64,000 nt of DNA. Source: Bacteroidota bacterium. Its GTDB lineage: Bacteria > Bacteroidota > Bacteroidia > 2-12-FULL-35-15. Below, in pieces: positions 19,737-30,152 of this stretch. The stretch covers positions 67,154-131,153 of the forward strand of contig CANFRC010000010.1 of assembly GCA_947449315.1 (NCBI GenBank), in the 5' to 3' direction. Each line of letters begins with the position of its first letter. The stretch's first letter is position 1. The notes beneath the pieces are model-generated. The model was not told the origin of the DNA. It did not search any database and worked only from the letters and a program-made list of their open reading frames with translations. The position numbers and the translations under genes were made by a program.

Positions 19737-21956
19737 ATGCAATCACAACTGGTAATTGACCTAGAAGCTGAAAAAAAAGAAATCCTTAAACGCTATCGCG
19801 GACTTCTTCATGCCTGCAAACGTACCCTTGAGAAAGGTGACAAATTACTTATCCGTAAAGCATTCGATATTGCTCTGGAAGCGCATAAAAATATGCGTAG
19901 AAAATCCGGAGAGCCCTATATCTACCACCCTATCGCCGTTGCTCTTATCTGTGCAGAAGAAATAGGATTAGGAACAACATCTGTGGTATGCGCCTTATTG
20001 CACGATGTTGTTGAAGATACCGATCTTACGTTAGATGATATTAGAGGGCTATTTGGTGATAAAGAAGCTAAGATCATAGATGGCCTTACCAAAATATCCG
20101 GAGTGTTCGATCAAGGTTCATCACTTCAAGCCGAAAATTTTAGAAAGATGCTACTTACTCTTTCGGATGATGTACGTGTCATCTTAATCAAACTTGCTGA
20201 CCGCCTGCACAACATGCGCACCTTGGATAGCATGAAGCGCGACAAACAATTAAAGATCGCTTCTGAAACACTATACTTATACGCTCCTCTTGCCCATCGC
20301 CTCGGATTAAATGCCATCAAAACCGAATTGGAAGATTTAGGATTAAAATATACTGAACCAGAATTATTCAACGATATAGAGCACCGCTTAAAAGAATCGG
20401 AACCGGAACGCAAAAAATTTATCTCTAAATTTATTGTTCCAATAAAAGAGATTCTTGAAGAACAAGGCTTGAAAGCGAAGATCATCGGCCGACCGAAATC
20501 AATCTATTCCATCTACAATAAAATTAAAAACAAAGGAGTACCATTTGAAGAAATCTATGACCTCTTTGCTATTCGAATTATCATTGATACGCCTCCAGAA
20601 AATGAAAAAACAGATAGCTGGCGTGTTTATTCAATCGTAACAGACTTTTATCACCCTAATCCTGACAGGCTTCGCGACTGGATATCAACTCCTAAAGCAA
20701 ATGGATATGAAAGTTTACATACCACTGTTATGGGTCCCGAAGGGAAATGGGTAGAAGTCCAAATTCGAACCGTAAGAATGGATGAGTTGGCTGAAAAAGG
20801 ATATGCGGCTCACTGGAAATATAAAGACAGTGCAAACGAAAGTCAATTAGATGATTGGATTCGCAAGATCCGCGAGGTACTTGAAAGTCCGGAAGAAAAT
20901 GCGATGGAGTTTCTTGATGATTTCAAATTGAATCTTTTCGCAGAAGAGATCTTTGCATTTACGCCCAAAGGTGAAATGAAAACGCTGCCAATAAATGCAA
21001 CTGCTCTGGACTTTGCTTTTGAAATCCATACAAAGGTCGGGGAAAAATGTATCGGTGCAAAAGTGAATCATAAACTTGTGCCACTGAGCTACAAGCTAAA
21101 AAGTGGTGATCAAGTAGAGGTCTTAACATCTAACAAACAAGTCCCTAAAGAAGATTGGCTCGGATATGTTGTTACCGCTCGTGCTAAATCGAAAATCAAG
21201 AATGCATTAAAAGAAGAAAGAAGAAGGATTTCTGAAGATGGACGTGAGATACTGGAAAGAAAATTCAAACATATAAAAATTGATTTTACTGTTTCCAACA
21301 TCAATGAATTGACTACCTACTTCAAATTACCAAGCAGTCAGGAGTTATTTTATCGAATAGCTGTTGGAAATATTAATATTAAACACCTGAAAGATTTTCA
21401 TCAGGAACACGGAAAAATTGTGCACAAATCCGGAAATATTAAAAAAGCGGAAACAGCTCAATCACTCGAGCAAATGGTTACTGCCGCTCGAGGAAAGTCA
21501 GATATGCTCGTGATTGGTGAGAATCTAAATAAAATAGATTATAACCTTTCTCCTTGCTGCACACCTATTCCAGGCGATGATGTCTTTGGATTTATAACCA
21601 TCCATGAAGGAATAAAAATACATCGTGTAAATTGTCCCAATGCAATTCAACTGCTTTCAAATTATGCATACAGGGTTGTAAAAGCCAAATGGACGAGTCA
21701 GGAATTGATTTCATTCCTTTCTGGTATTAAAATAACAGGTATTGACGAAGTAGGTTTGGTAAATAACATTACCAAAATCATTTCCAATGAATTAAATGTT
21801 AATATGCGATCGATTAGCTTCGATACCAACGATGGAACTTTTGAAGGAACCGTTATGGTGTTTGTTCATGACACCAACCATTTAACAGAACTTATGAAAA
21901 AACTTAAAAAAGTAAATGGTGTCCTCTCTGTTACCCGTGTCGACAATAACAATTGA
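19737..21956 (+). CDS. relA: Bifunctional (p)ppGpp synthetase/hydrolase (RelA/SpoT homologue)
   Basis: HD hydrolase (HPIAVA...LLHDVVEDT). Synthetase region. TGS and C-terminal ACT-like regions. 739 aa. Confidence 0.9.
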   Translation: MQSQLVIDLEAEKKEILKRYRGLLHACKRTLEKGDKLLIRKAFDIALEAHKNMRRKSGEPYIYHPIAVALICAEEIGLGTTSVVCALLHDVVEDTDLTLDDIRGLFGDKEAKIIDGLTKISGVFDQGSSLQAENFRKMLLTLSDDVRVILIKLADRLHNMRTLDSMKRDKQLKIASETLYLYAPLAHRLGLNAIKTELEDLGLKYTEPELFNDIEHRLKESEPERKKFISKFIVPIKEILEEQGLKAKIIGRPKSIYSIYNKIKNKGVPFEEIYDLFAIRIIIDTPPENEKTDSWRVYSIVTDFYHPNPDRLRDWISTPKANGYESLHTTVMGPEGKWVEVQIRTVRMDELAEKGYAAHWKYKDSANESQLDDWIRKIREVLESPEENAMEFLDDFKLNLFAEEIFAFTPKGEMKTLPINATALDFAFEIHTKVGEKCIGAKVNHKLVPLSYKLKSGDQVEVLTSNKQVPKEDWLGYVVTARAKSKIKNALKEERRRISEDGREILERKFKHIKIDFTVSNINELTTYFKLPSSQELFYRIAVGNINIKHLKDFHQEHGKIVHKSGNIKKAETAQSLEQMVTAARGKSDMLVIGENLNKIDYNLSPCCTPIPGDDVFGFITIHEGIKIHRVNCPNAIQLLSNYAYRVVKAKWTSQELISFLSGIKITGIDEVGLVNNITKIISNELNVNMRSISFDTNDGTFEGTVMVFVHDTNHLTELMKKLKKVNGVLSVTRVDNNN

Positions 21957-21978
21957 TTACCGAACAGAATCAACCCGT

Positions 21979-22017
21979 AAACGACTCATTAGCAACACTT
22001 TTGAGTCGTTTTTTTTT
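21979..22017 (+). terminator. Rho-independent terminator after relA
   Basis: Stem AACGACTCA...TGAGTCGTT followed by a T9 run. Confidence 0.7.
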
Positions 22018-22080
22018 GTGAATATCTTTACTACAACGAAGCATATATTTTCGTAATTTTATATCTCAAATTTTTTAAGA

Positions 22081-22575
22081 ATGTCGGCAACTGACACCAA
22101 AGAAACAGTAAAACAAATCTTTTCTGAATACCTAGAAAATCATGGTCACAGAAAAACGCCTGAGCGTTTCACCATATTAAGTGAAATTTATTCCCATGGT
22201 GGACATTTTGATATTGAATCGTTATACATTCATATGAAAAACAAAAAGTATCGCGTTAGCCGTGCTACTTTATACAATACAATTGAACTTCTTTTAAATT
22301 GCAATCTGGTCACAAAACATCAATTTGGAAAAAATCTAGCTCAATTTGAAAAATCCTTTGAATTCAAACAACACGATCATTTGATTTGTCAGGATTGCGA
22401 AAAAGTTTTTGAGTTTTGTGATCCCAGAATTCAACAAATACAAAAAATGGCTGCCGATGTTTTACAATTCGAAATAAATAGTCATTCATTAAACTTTTAT
22501 GGGAAATGTAACAAACTAGCTAAACATGGTGTTTGTGAACACAAAAAAATAAAAGAAAAAAATAAATCAACTTAA
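22081..22575 (+). CDS. Fur-family metalloregulator
   Basis: Winged-helix [14 protein letters not shown]...[13 protein letters not shown]. CxxC pairs [12 protein letters not shown] and a C-terminal C..H..C..H cluster. Confidence 0.7.
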   Translation: MSATDTKETVKQIFSEYLENHGHRKTPERFTILSEIYSHGGHFDIESLYIHMKNKKYRVSRATLYNTIELLLNCNLVTKHQFGKNLAQFEKSFEFKQHDHLICQDCEKVFEFCDPRIQQIQKMAADVLQFEINSHSLNFYGKCNKLAKHGVCEHKKIKEKNKST

Positions 22576-22741
22576 TATTTAGCGAAAATAAAAAAATAAC
22601 GCCCTTTTTATTATTACAAAATTAAATCGTGTGATTACTTTTTGTGATCACATAGAAAAAGAAGTTCAACTATAAAATAAATAAAATCTGAACTGAAAAT
22701 TGAAAAGTTCTAGTTCGAAATAATCCGTAATTCAAAATTCA

Positions 22742-24025
22742 ATGAAAGTAGATGTATTATTAGGTCTTCAATGGGGAGATGAAGGAAAAGGTAAAATTGT
22801 AGATGTGTTAACTCCAAAATATGATATTATTGGACGTTTCCAGGGGGGGCCAAATGCTGGGCACACGTTGGAATTCAATGGGATCAAACATGTATTAAGA
22901 ACGATTCCATCTGGAATTTTTCATGAAAAAGCTGTCAATATCATCGGTAATGGTGTAGTAATTGACCCTGTTGTTCTTATAGCTGAAATAGAGGCGCTAA
23001 TTAAAATGGGTGTTGATGTAAGATCAAAACTTTTGCTTTCTACTAAAGCACATTTAATATTACCAACTCATCGCTTATTAGATGCAGCCTCTGAAGCAGC
23101 CAAAGGAAAAGAAAAAATCGGATCTACATTAAAAGGTATCGGACCAACATACATGGATAAAACCGGACGCAACGGATTGCGTATTGGAGATATCAAGACT
23201 CCTAATTTTAAAGAAAAATACAACGCTCTTGTTGAAAAACACAAACAACTGTTGAATTTCCACAATTTTCAATACAACCTGGAAGAGCTAGAACCAGAAT
23301 GGTTCAAAGCAATTGAAGCATTAAAAACATTTCAGCAAATTGAAAGTGAACATTACATCAACGAAGCATTTAATGATAATAAAGCCATTTTAGCAGAAGG
23401 AGCGCAAGGTTCGTTATTGGATATTGATTTTGGTTCCTACCCATTTGTTACTTCTTCAAACACAATTTGTGCAGGCGCATGTACGGGTCTCGGAATTGCA
23501 CCCAATAGAATTGGCAAGGTATTCGGAATCTTTAAAGCTTATTGCACACGTGTAGGAAGTGGACCATTTCCAACTGAATTATTTGATGAGACTGGAGATA
23601 AAATCCGAAATAAAGGACGAGAATTTGGCTCCGTAACAGGACGCCCAAGACGAACAGGATGGCTAGATCTTCCAGCATTAAAATATGCTGTTATGATAAA
23701 TGGTGTTACTGAATTAATGATGATGAAAGCGGATATTTTGTCTGGTTTTGAAACCATTCAAGTGTGTACACATTACAATTATAAAGGGGAGAAAATTGAT
23801 TACCTTCCTTACGATTGCGCACCAGAAATGCTTTCGCCTATTTATACAAATCTAAAAGGTTGGAATCAGGATCTTACAGGCTTACACAGCCCTGAACAAA
23901 TGCCTGAAGCATTGAACGAATATATCTCCTTTATTGAACGCGAAGTGGGTGTACCAATTTCTATTGTTTCTGTTGGACCAGACCGCACACAAACATTAAT
24001 GCGCAAAAAAAAAGAGTTGGTATAA
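22742..24025 (+). CDS. purA: Adenylosuccinate synthetase
   Basis: QWGDEGKGKIVD P-loop. GIGPTY and GSVTGRPRRTGWLD motifs. Confidence 0.9.
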   Translation: MKVDVLLGLQWGDEGKGKIVDVLTPKYDIIGRFQGGPNAGHTLEFNGIKHVLRTIPSGIFHEKAVNIIGNGVVIDPVVLIAEIEALIKMGVDVRSKLLLSTKAHLILPTHRLLDAASEAAKGKEKIGSTLKGIGPTYMDKTGRNGLRIGDIKTPNFKEKYNALVEKHKQLLNFHNFQYNLEELEPEWFKAIEALKTFQQIESEHYINEAFNDNKAILAEGAQGSLLDIDFGSYPFVTSSNTICAGACTGLGIAPNRIGKVFGIFKAYCTRVGSGPFPTELFDETGDKIRNKGREFGSVTGRPRRTGWLDLPALKYAVMINGVTELMMMKADILSGFETIQVCTHYNYKGEKIDYLPYDCAPEMLSPIYTNLKGWNQDLTGLHSPEQMPEALNEYISFIEREVGVPISIVSVGPDRTQTLMRKKKELV

Positions 24026-24094
24026 TAATTGCCTTTCTGCAAATCCATTGATACCTATATGATCATTTACACAGCAAATAAAAAATTGAATTCA

Positions 24095-25744
24095 ATGAAT
24101 CTGAAATCATTTTTGTTTTCTGTGTTTTGTTTTTTGTCTGTTCTTCCCTATTCACAGGCACAAACAAAAGTTGGTGGCAAAAGAATTGAGATCGTACATG
24201 CAGGAGCCTTAAAATTTGCCAATGATGTGGGAAATGGAGCGCAACGCTTAATTGGCGATGTTGAATTCAAACATGATAATGTGTTGATGTTTTGTGATAG
24301 CGCTTACTTTTACAAAGACAATTCCTTAGACGCTTTCGGACATATTCACATTCAGCAAGGTGACAGCTTAAACCTTTTTGGTGATTCATTAAAATATGAT
24401 GGAAATACAAAAAAAGCGATCATCACACATAATGTAAGTGTAATAAAAGGGGACATGCAGCTCACCACAGAGCAGCTAAATTATGATGTATCCACCAGTA
24501 TAGGATATTACATTACCCCAGCTCGTATAGTAAACAAAGATAACACGCTCACCAGTGAACAGGGATATTTCTTTGGGAAATCAAATGATCTTACTTTCAA
24601 AAAAAATGTAGTGCTTACCAATCCGCAATTTGTTATTAATTGTGATACTATGCGCTATAACACCTCTTCTAAAGTAACTTATTTCATAGGCCCTACAACA
24701 ATAAAAAGCAAAGAGAATCTTATCTATTGTGAAGATGGCTGGTATGATACCTTTAAAGATCAGTCTCGCTTCAGTAAACATTCCTACATTCTTACCAAAG
24801 AGCAGAAGATGTTTGGCGACAGTCTTTATTACGATAGAAAAAAGGGAATTGGTAGAGCGATAAGAAATGTTGAAATTATTGATACCAGTCAAAACCTCAA
24901 TATTAAAGGTGATTTCGCCAACCATTTTGAAGAAAAAGATCTATCAATTGTTACTGGGAATGCTTTGCTTACGCAAGTTTATGACAAAGACACACTTTAC
25001 CTTCACGCCGATACTTTAAAAGCAATTGGCAATAATAAATCGATCAAAAAAGATCAAAAAAATAATCTCATCATTTCAAAAGATAAAAAGACGGAACCTC
25101 TCCATAAAAAAAACATAGTTGACAATTCAAAAACTGTAAAATACGATACTACCTATCAAATTGCTAAAGAAGTGCCAGATAACAAACAACTTTTTGCTTA
25201 TCACAGAGTGAAATTTTACAAAAACGACTTGCAAGGCAAATGCGATTCACTTATTTATACCTTGGTAGATTCTACCATGAAATTATTTGGAAAACCAACA
25301 TTATGGTCAGATGAAAATCAACTTACAGCTGATAGCATACAACTAATCACTGGAAGTAAATCACTCCGATCAATAGAGTTGAAAGGATCTGCTTTTATTG
25401 TCTCTCAAGAGGACAGCGTTCATTACAACCAGATTAGAGGAAAATATATGAATGGCAATTTCAAAAGCAATAAATTATACTTAGTCAATGTGATCGGCAA
25501 TGGCCAAACGATCTATTATTTAAAAGAAAAAAAGGAAATTAAAGCGGTAAACCGAGCAGACTGCACCGACTTACATGTTTATTTAAAAGAAAATAAAATA
25601 GACCGAATCACTTTCATCACAAAACCCGATGCAACGCTGTTCCCTATTGACAAAATAGATTTGAAAGAATTGAAATTAAAAAACTTCAGCTGGAGAGCTG
25701 AAGACAAGCCTCTTTCTGCAAAAGATATTTTTATTTGGAAATAA
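24095..25744 (+). CDS. OstA-like_N domain secreted protein (LptA/OstA-like beta-jellyroll)
   Basis: The track ORF begins at TTG 24029. The ATG at 24095 gives MNLKSFLFSVFCFLSVLPYSQAQ, a signal peptide. It is followed by repeated OstA-like strands (RLIGDVEFKHDNVLMFCDSAYF...). Confidence 0.45.
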   Translation: MNLKSFLFSVFCFLSVLPYSQAQTKVGGKRIEIVHAGALKFANDVGNGAQRLIGDVEFKHDNVLMFCDSAYFYKDNSLDAFGHIHIQQGDSLNLFGDSLKYDGNTKKAIITHNVSVIKGDMQLTTEQLNYDVSTSIGYYITPARIVNKDNTLTSEQGYFFGKSNDLTFKKNVVLTNPQFVINCDTMRYNTSSKVTYFIGPTTIKSKENLIYCEDGWYDTFKDQSRFSKHSYILTKEQKMFGDSLYYDRKKGIGRAIRNVEIIDTSQNLNIKGDFANHFEEKDLSIVTGNALLTQVYDKDTLYLHADTLKAIGNNKSIKKDQKNNLIISKDKKTEPLHKKNIVDNSKTVKYDTTYQIAKEVPDNKQLFAYHRVKFYKNDLQGKCDSLIYTLVDSTMKLFGKPTLWSDENQLTADSIQLITGSKSLRSIELKGSAFIVSQEDSVHYNQIRGKYMNGNFKSNKLYLVNVIGNGQTIYYLKEKKEIKAVNRADCTDLHVYLKENKIDRITFITKPDATLFPIDKIDLKELKLKNFSWRAEDKPLSAKDIFIWK

Positions 25745-25847
25745 TTTATATTCTAACTTAAGTTATTTCATTGTGATATGAAGGGATAATGCCTCCTTAA
25801 TTTTATTGTTGCGGCTTGAGTATATTTTTAAAAAAAAACAATGTATT

Positions 25848-26324
25848 ATGAAACTACTTTTATGTTCAATTTTGTTTTTGTTAGCTCCATGCAACAATCC
25901 AAAACAAAACTCCAGTTCTAAAAAAAACAATAGTAAAGTGGTAATCATTTACCAATGCGGAGCTTGTTTTGGAAGATGTCCGGAATACATTCTCACGATC
26001 AATGGAGAGAAGAAGATGGCCACCTTTAAAGGCATTAAAAACGCCGAGAAAATAGGAACCTACACAAAAAAAATATCTGATGCTGAATTAACCGATTACG
26101 TGTCCAATTTCGAGAAAGCAAAATTCAATTCATTTGAAAATGAATACCTGGGCAACATTACAGATTTCCCAATTAAAGCTATTTCCTATACAAATAATGG
26201 AAGTACAAAATTAGTGAAGGAAAGAAGCGGAGCCCCTGAAATGCTAATCTCCTTAGAAAAGAAATTACAAGGCTATGCTGAAAATGCAGAAGGTTGGGTA
26301 AAAAGTGAAGATCAGGATCATTAG
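25848..26324 (+). CDS. Small lipoprotein of unknown function
   Basis: MKLLLCSILFLLAPC lipobox after trimming the track ORF (TTG at 25806) to its first ATG. Confidence 0.4.
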   Translation: MKLLLCSILFLLAPCNNPKQNSSSKKNNSKVVIIYQCGACFGRCPEYILTINGEKKMATFKGIKNAEKIGTYTKKISDAELTDYVSNFEKAKFNSFENEYLGNITDFPIKAISYTNNGSTKLVKERSGAPEMLISLEKKLQGYAENAEGWVKSEDQDH

Positions 26325-26806
26325 GCCAATACTCTATTCTGCCAGCTTTGCTTCAATGGAACTTGCCATTGGGTATCAAATAATTTTTTAGAAGTGACCA
26401 TATTATTAAAAACAATGGTCAACTCATTCACGAGGCCTTGAGCGGCTAGTTTTTCAAATTCAGAAAGGGAACAAACATTTATCTCCTCCCCTTTTTTGTA
26501 TGCAACCTGCATACGATCAAATAGATTCAGATTAAATTTATGCTCAAGCTCCTTCACAAACTTAACCGACTTATCAATACTGCAGCCACTAGCCATTGCT
26601 TGTTGTTCATCAACAGCGATTACAATAAAACGATTGTACAAAATATCGAAACTCGCTTTTAAACTCGCACCATGCGCTGCCCAATCGGAAATAAAATGCG
26701 CCCCCTCGCTTTTAATGGCAATCACCTCGGCATCCGACAAAACGGAATTACTTTGGTAAACCCACACACGAGCATCAGGTGGCATAGTTGAAATCATATC
26801 ATTCAT
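26321..26806 (-). CDS. Conserved hypothetical protein, co-oriented with the Fe-S/CCG oxidoreductase pair
   Basis: 161-aa ORF with no recognisable motif. Its stop lies 5 nt after... its start lies 5 nt after the upstream gene, which suggests an operon. Confidence 0.4.
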   Translation of the reverse strand: MNDMISTMPPDARVWVYQSNSVLSDAEVIAIKSEGAHFISDWAAHGASLKASFDILYNRFIVIAVDEQQAMASGCSIDKSVKFVKELEHKFNLNLFDRMQVAYKKGEEINVCSLSEFEKLAAQGLVNELTIVFNNMVTSKKLFDTQWQVPLKQSWQNRVLA

Positions 26807-26810
26807 TGAG

Positions 26811-27602
26811 TTAAAGGTCTTTTGCCTGAGCTATTAATTCAGCTACATCTAATACTTTTACTGATTGTTCTTTATTAAAATTCTTCACGCCGTCTGTCAT
26901 CATTGTATTGCAAAAAGGACAACCAACAGCAATCACATCTGGATTTAATTCCAATGCTTCTTCCGTTCGTTCTATATTCACCTCTTTTGTTCCTTTTTCA
27001 GCTTCCTTAAACATCTGTGCACCTCCAGCTCCGCAACACAAACCATTTGCTTTACTACGCTTCATTTCTAGCAATTCAGCATCAAGGTTTACCATCACAG
27101 AACGTGGAGCTTCATATACATCATTTGCTCTGCCTAAATAACATGGATCGTGAAAAGTGATTTTTTTTCCTTTAAAGCTTCCGCCTTCAATTTTAATGCG
27201 GCCAGTATTCAAAAGTTCTTGTAATAATTGAGTATGATGAACCACTTCATAGCTTCCTCCTAAGGAAGGGTATTCATTTTTCAACGTGTTAAAGCAATGC
27301 GGACAACCCGTAACAATGCGTTTTACATCATAGCCATTCAAAACTGAAATAGTTGTCATTGCCTGCATTTGAAACAGGAATTCATTCCCAGCGCGCTTTG
27401 CAGGATCTCCGGTGCAACTCTCTTCTGTTCCTAAAACAGCAAATTTCACATTTGCATGATTTAAGATTTTTACGATAGCTTTTGTAATCTTTTTTGCACG
27501 ATCATCAAAACTTCCGGCACAACCTACCCAAAATAAAATTTCAGGTGATTCTCCTTTAGCCATATAATCGGCCATTGTTGGAACTACTAATACGTCACTC
27601 AT
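26811..27602 (-). CDS. CCG-domain cysteine-rich subunit (HdrD/GlpC C-terminal-half-like)
   Basis: Two Cys-rich CCG-type clusters (VGCAGSF..CTGDP..GCPHCFNTL and DPCYLG..GLCCGAGG..VGCPFCNTMM). Confidence 0.7.
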   Translation of the reverse strand: MSDVLVVPTMADYMAKGESPEILFWVGCAGSFDDRAKKITKAIVKILNHANVKFAVLGTEESCTGDPAKRAGNEFLFQMQAMTTISVLNGYDVKRIVTGCPHCFNTLKNEYPSLGGSYEVVHHTQLLQELLNTGRIKIEGGSFKGKKITFHDPCYLGRANDVYEAPRSVMVNLDAELLEMKRSKANGLCCGAGGAQMFKEAEKGTKEVNIERTEEALELNPDVIAVGCPFCNTMMTDGVKNFNKEQSVKVLDVAELIAQAKDL

Positions 27603-27776
27603 TATTTATTATTTTTCGAATACTTCTGTTGTAACTTCTTTTTAAACAAGATCTGTAAATCTGCATATAATGTATGGAATGAACCATGTGATTATCTATC
27701 CAATACTGCGCTGTGTGAATCTGAAAGAATTAAAAAGATTGTTCGTTCTCTTTTTTTCTATTAAATCCATAAGCTA

Positions 27777-29102
27777 TTATTCGTTTTTCCAATTCAATCT
27801 GTCTGCTTGAGCAAATTGCCATGGAGCTCCATTATTTTCAATATTGGTGAACATTCCATTCAATTCGGTAGGAGCAGCACTCTGTTCCATAACAACAAAT
27901 CTTCGCATGTCCATGATGATACTTAACGGATCGATGTTCACCGGACATTCCTGAACACAAGCATTACAGGATGTACATGCCCACAATTCCTCAGGTGTGA
28001 TATAATCACCTAATAAAGATTTCCCATCATCTTTAAATTGACCTTTGTTGGCATCCATATTCTTTCCTACTTCCATTAATCTATCACGGGTATCCATCAT
28101 GATTTTACGGGGAGATAATAACTTCCCTGTAATATTAGCAGGACAGGATGAGGTACATCTTCCACACTCGGTGCAAGTATAAGAATCCAATAATTGTTTC
28201 CAACTCAGATCGGTCACATCCTTTGCTCCAAAACGCAATGAAACATTTGGATCAATTGCTGGAGGAGTGAAGGAAGGGTCCATCATTGCTTTCACTTCAT
28301 TGGTTACCGATTCTAAATTTGTGAATTGACCTTTTTTATTTAGGTTTGAAAAGAAAACATTCGGGAAAGCTAATAAAATATGAAAGTGTTTGGAGTAAGG
28401 CAAATAGTTTAAGAAGCCAAACACCATCATAATATGTCCCCACCACCCTAGTCGTTCTATAATATGTAACGTATGCTCATCAAAACCACCAAATAATATT
28501 GGGCCTAAATGACTACTTATGGCCAAACCTAAAGATCCGTCACCCAAATTCTGCGCATGTGACAATCCTCTTGAATACAACACCTCATCCGCACCATTCA
28601 TCATAAAAATGAAACAGATCAATACGATCTCTGCTATTAAGATAAGATTGGCATCTAATTTCGGCCAGCCGTTCAACTCACTTTTAACCAAGCGAGGAAC
28701 TTTCAATAAATTCCTTCTCGATAAAAAAGCTACCGTACCTATGAATGCCAAAACCGATAGTATTTCTATAAAACTGACAAGGAATGTATAAAAACTACCT
28801 AACATAGGACGAAAAGCACGATGATGCGATAAAGCTCCATCATAAATGATCTCAATCAATTCGATCTGAGTAATTACAAAAGCGACATATAAAAACAGAT
28901 GCAGGATGGCAGGAATAGGCCTTTCAAACATTTTCTTTTGCCCTAAAGCAACAAGAACCATCGTCTTAAAACGCTCAGAAAATCTATCCTTTCTGTTCAT
29001 GTCTTTTCCTAACAGGATGTTTCGTCTTACTTTACGAACATTTAAAGTAAAGAGTGCCGAGCCGGCAATGAATAGAATAATAAAAACAATGCTTGAAATC
29101 AT
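27777..29102 (-). CDS. Membrane-anchored 2x[4Fe-4S] ferredoxin-domain oxidoreductase subunit (HdrE/NarI-like membrane part fused to an HdrD-like N-half)
   Basis: Five N-terminal TM helices with conserved His. CTECGRCTSSCP and CTSCNACVQECP 4Fe-4S motifs. Confidence 0.7.
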   Translation of the reverse strand: MISSIVFIILFIAGSALFTLNVRKVRRNILLGKDMNRKDRFSERFKTMVLVALGQKKMFERPIPAILHLFLYVAFVITQIELIEIIYDGALSHHRAFRPMLGSFYTFLVSFIEILSVLAFIGTVAFLSRRNLLKVPRLVKSELNGWPKLDANLILIAEIVLICFIFMMNGADEVLYSRGLSHAQNLGDGSLGLAISSHLGPILFGGFDEHTLHIIERLGWWGHIMMVFGFLNYLPYSKHFHILLAFPNVFFSNLNKKGQFTNLESVTNEVKAMMDPSFTPPAIDPNVSLRFGAKDVTDLSWKQLLDSYTCTECGRCTSSCPANITGKLLSPRKIMMDTRDRLMEVGKNMDANKGQFKDDGKSLLGDYITPEELWACTSCNACVQECPVNIDPLSIIMDMRRFVVMEQSAAPTELNGMFTNIENNGAPWQFAQADRLNWKNE

Positions 29103-29126
29103 ACAGTCTGATAATAAAATCTTAAA

Positions 29127-30104
29127 CTAATCTTTGGGTTTGTTTCTGTCTTTTCGTCCAAATACGGAAATATGAACATAACGTTCTGGATTGACTCTCA
29201 GGTCTTTAAGTAGTTTATCTAAATCTTCAGTTGACTTGTCCAGTTTTCTATATAACGAATCATTATTAACAAGCATTCCTACAGTTCCTTGACCCGAATT
29301 AATTTTTGTCATAATAGTGGATGCCTGATTTAATGCAACATTGGCATTGTTAATAGCTGCTGTTAAATTTGATTTCGCGAGTGAATCGCTGATATTAGAA
29401 AAGTTATTAATTATATTTCCGAGCTTATCACTGTTATTAGCAAGAGTGGTTGCTAAGGAATTTACTTTGGTTAAGATACTGGAGATCTTCCCCTTTTCAC
29501 TCATAACCATTGTGTCTAATCTAAATGAAGTAGTTTCCAAGGAAGTGATTGCAAGTTTTATACTTTCAAAACTTTTAGCAAGATTCTGGCGGGCACTTTC
29601 ATTGAATACTTGTTGAACTACAACCATTACCGAATCGATGGATGTAATAAGTCCTTCTGCCTTTTTTTGTAAAGGAGCTATTGTTTTGTTCACAGCAGCT
29701 TTTAGATTATCCTCCTGAGCGGAAATCAAAGTGTCGCCAGAAACAGCAAAATCAGCTCCTCTACCTAATATCAGCTGAACTGCTTTTGAACCCAATATAT
29801 CCGAACTGACAACTTTCGCAACTGAATTTTTAGGCACATTTACATCGTTATCAAGAAGAAGCGTTACGATAATATTTCCGGTAGTATCATTTGCCAATTT
29901 TATTGCACCAACCAATCCTACTTTAAACCCATTTATCATTAAGGGATTAGCTTCAACTAAACCATCAATGTCATTGTATACCGCATAAAATTTACGTTGA
30001 GAGGAGAATAGATTTTTGCCTTTCAGAAAATTGAAGCCATAAATAAAACATGCAATGGCAAGAGTTGTTACAATTCCGACTTTTACTTCTTTTCTTATTT
30101 TCAC
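29127..30104 (-). CDS. mlaD: MlaD/MCE-family protein
   Basis: N-terminal TM followed by an MCE fold (KVGIVTTLAIACF..., VNPLMINGFKVGLVGAIKL). GTG start. Confidence 0.7.
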   Translation of the reverse strand: MKIRKEVKVGIVTTLAIACFIYGFNFLKGKNLFSSQRKFYAVYNDIDGLVEANPLMINGFKVGLVGAIKLANDTTGNIIVTLLLDNDVNVPKNSVAKVVSSDILGSKAVQLILGRGADFAVSGDTLISAQEDNLKAAVNKTIAPLQKKAEGLITSIDSVMVVVQQVFNESARQNLAKSFESIKLAITSLETTSFRLDTMVMSEKGKISSILTKVNSLATTLANNSDKLGNIINNFSNISDSLAKSNLTAAINNANVALNQASTIMTKINSGQGTVGMLVNNDSLYRKLDKSTEDLDKLLKDLRVNPERYVHISVFGRKDRNKPKD

Positions 30105-30152
30105 AATTATTCCGTTAGTACGTTTATTGACAAATTTAATGAATTATTAGAA

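Noticed and set aside
22576-22741. Possible purine riboswitch in the 165-bp leader upstream of purA
   Set aside because: Purine riboswitches do occur upstream of some pur genes, but I could not find the conserved P1/J2-3 core in this A-rich leader. It is more likely a plain promoter region downstream of the Fur-family gene.
24095-25744. Second lptD copy or lptD duplication (two OstA_N-like proteins in the window)
   Set aside because: The 24095-25744 protein has only the OstA-like beta-jellyroll repeats and lacks the large C-terminal beta-barrel. It is more likely an LptA-like or OstA-N-only periplasmic protein than a duplicated LptD.
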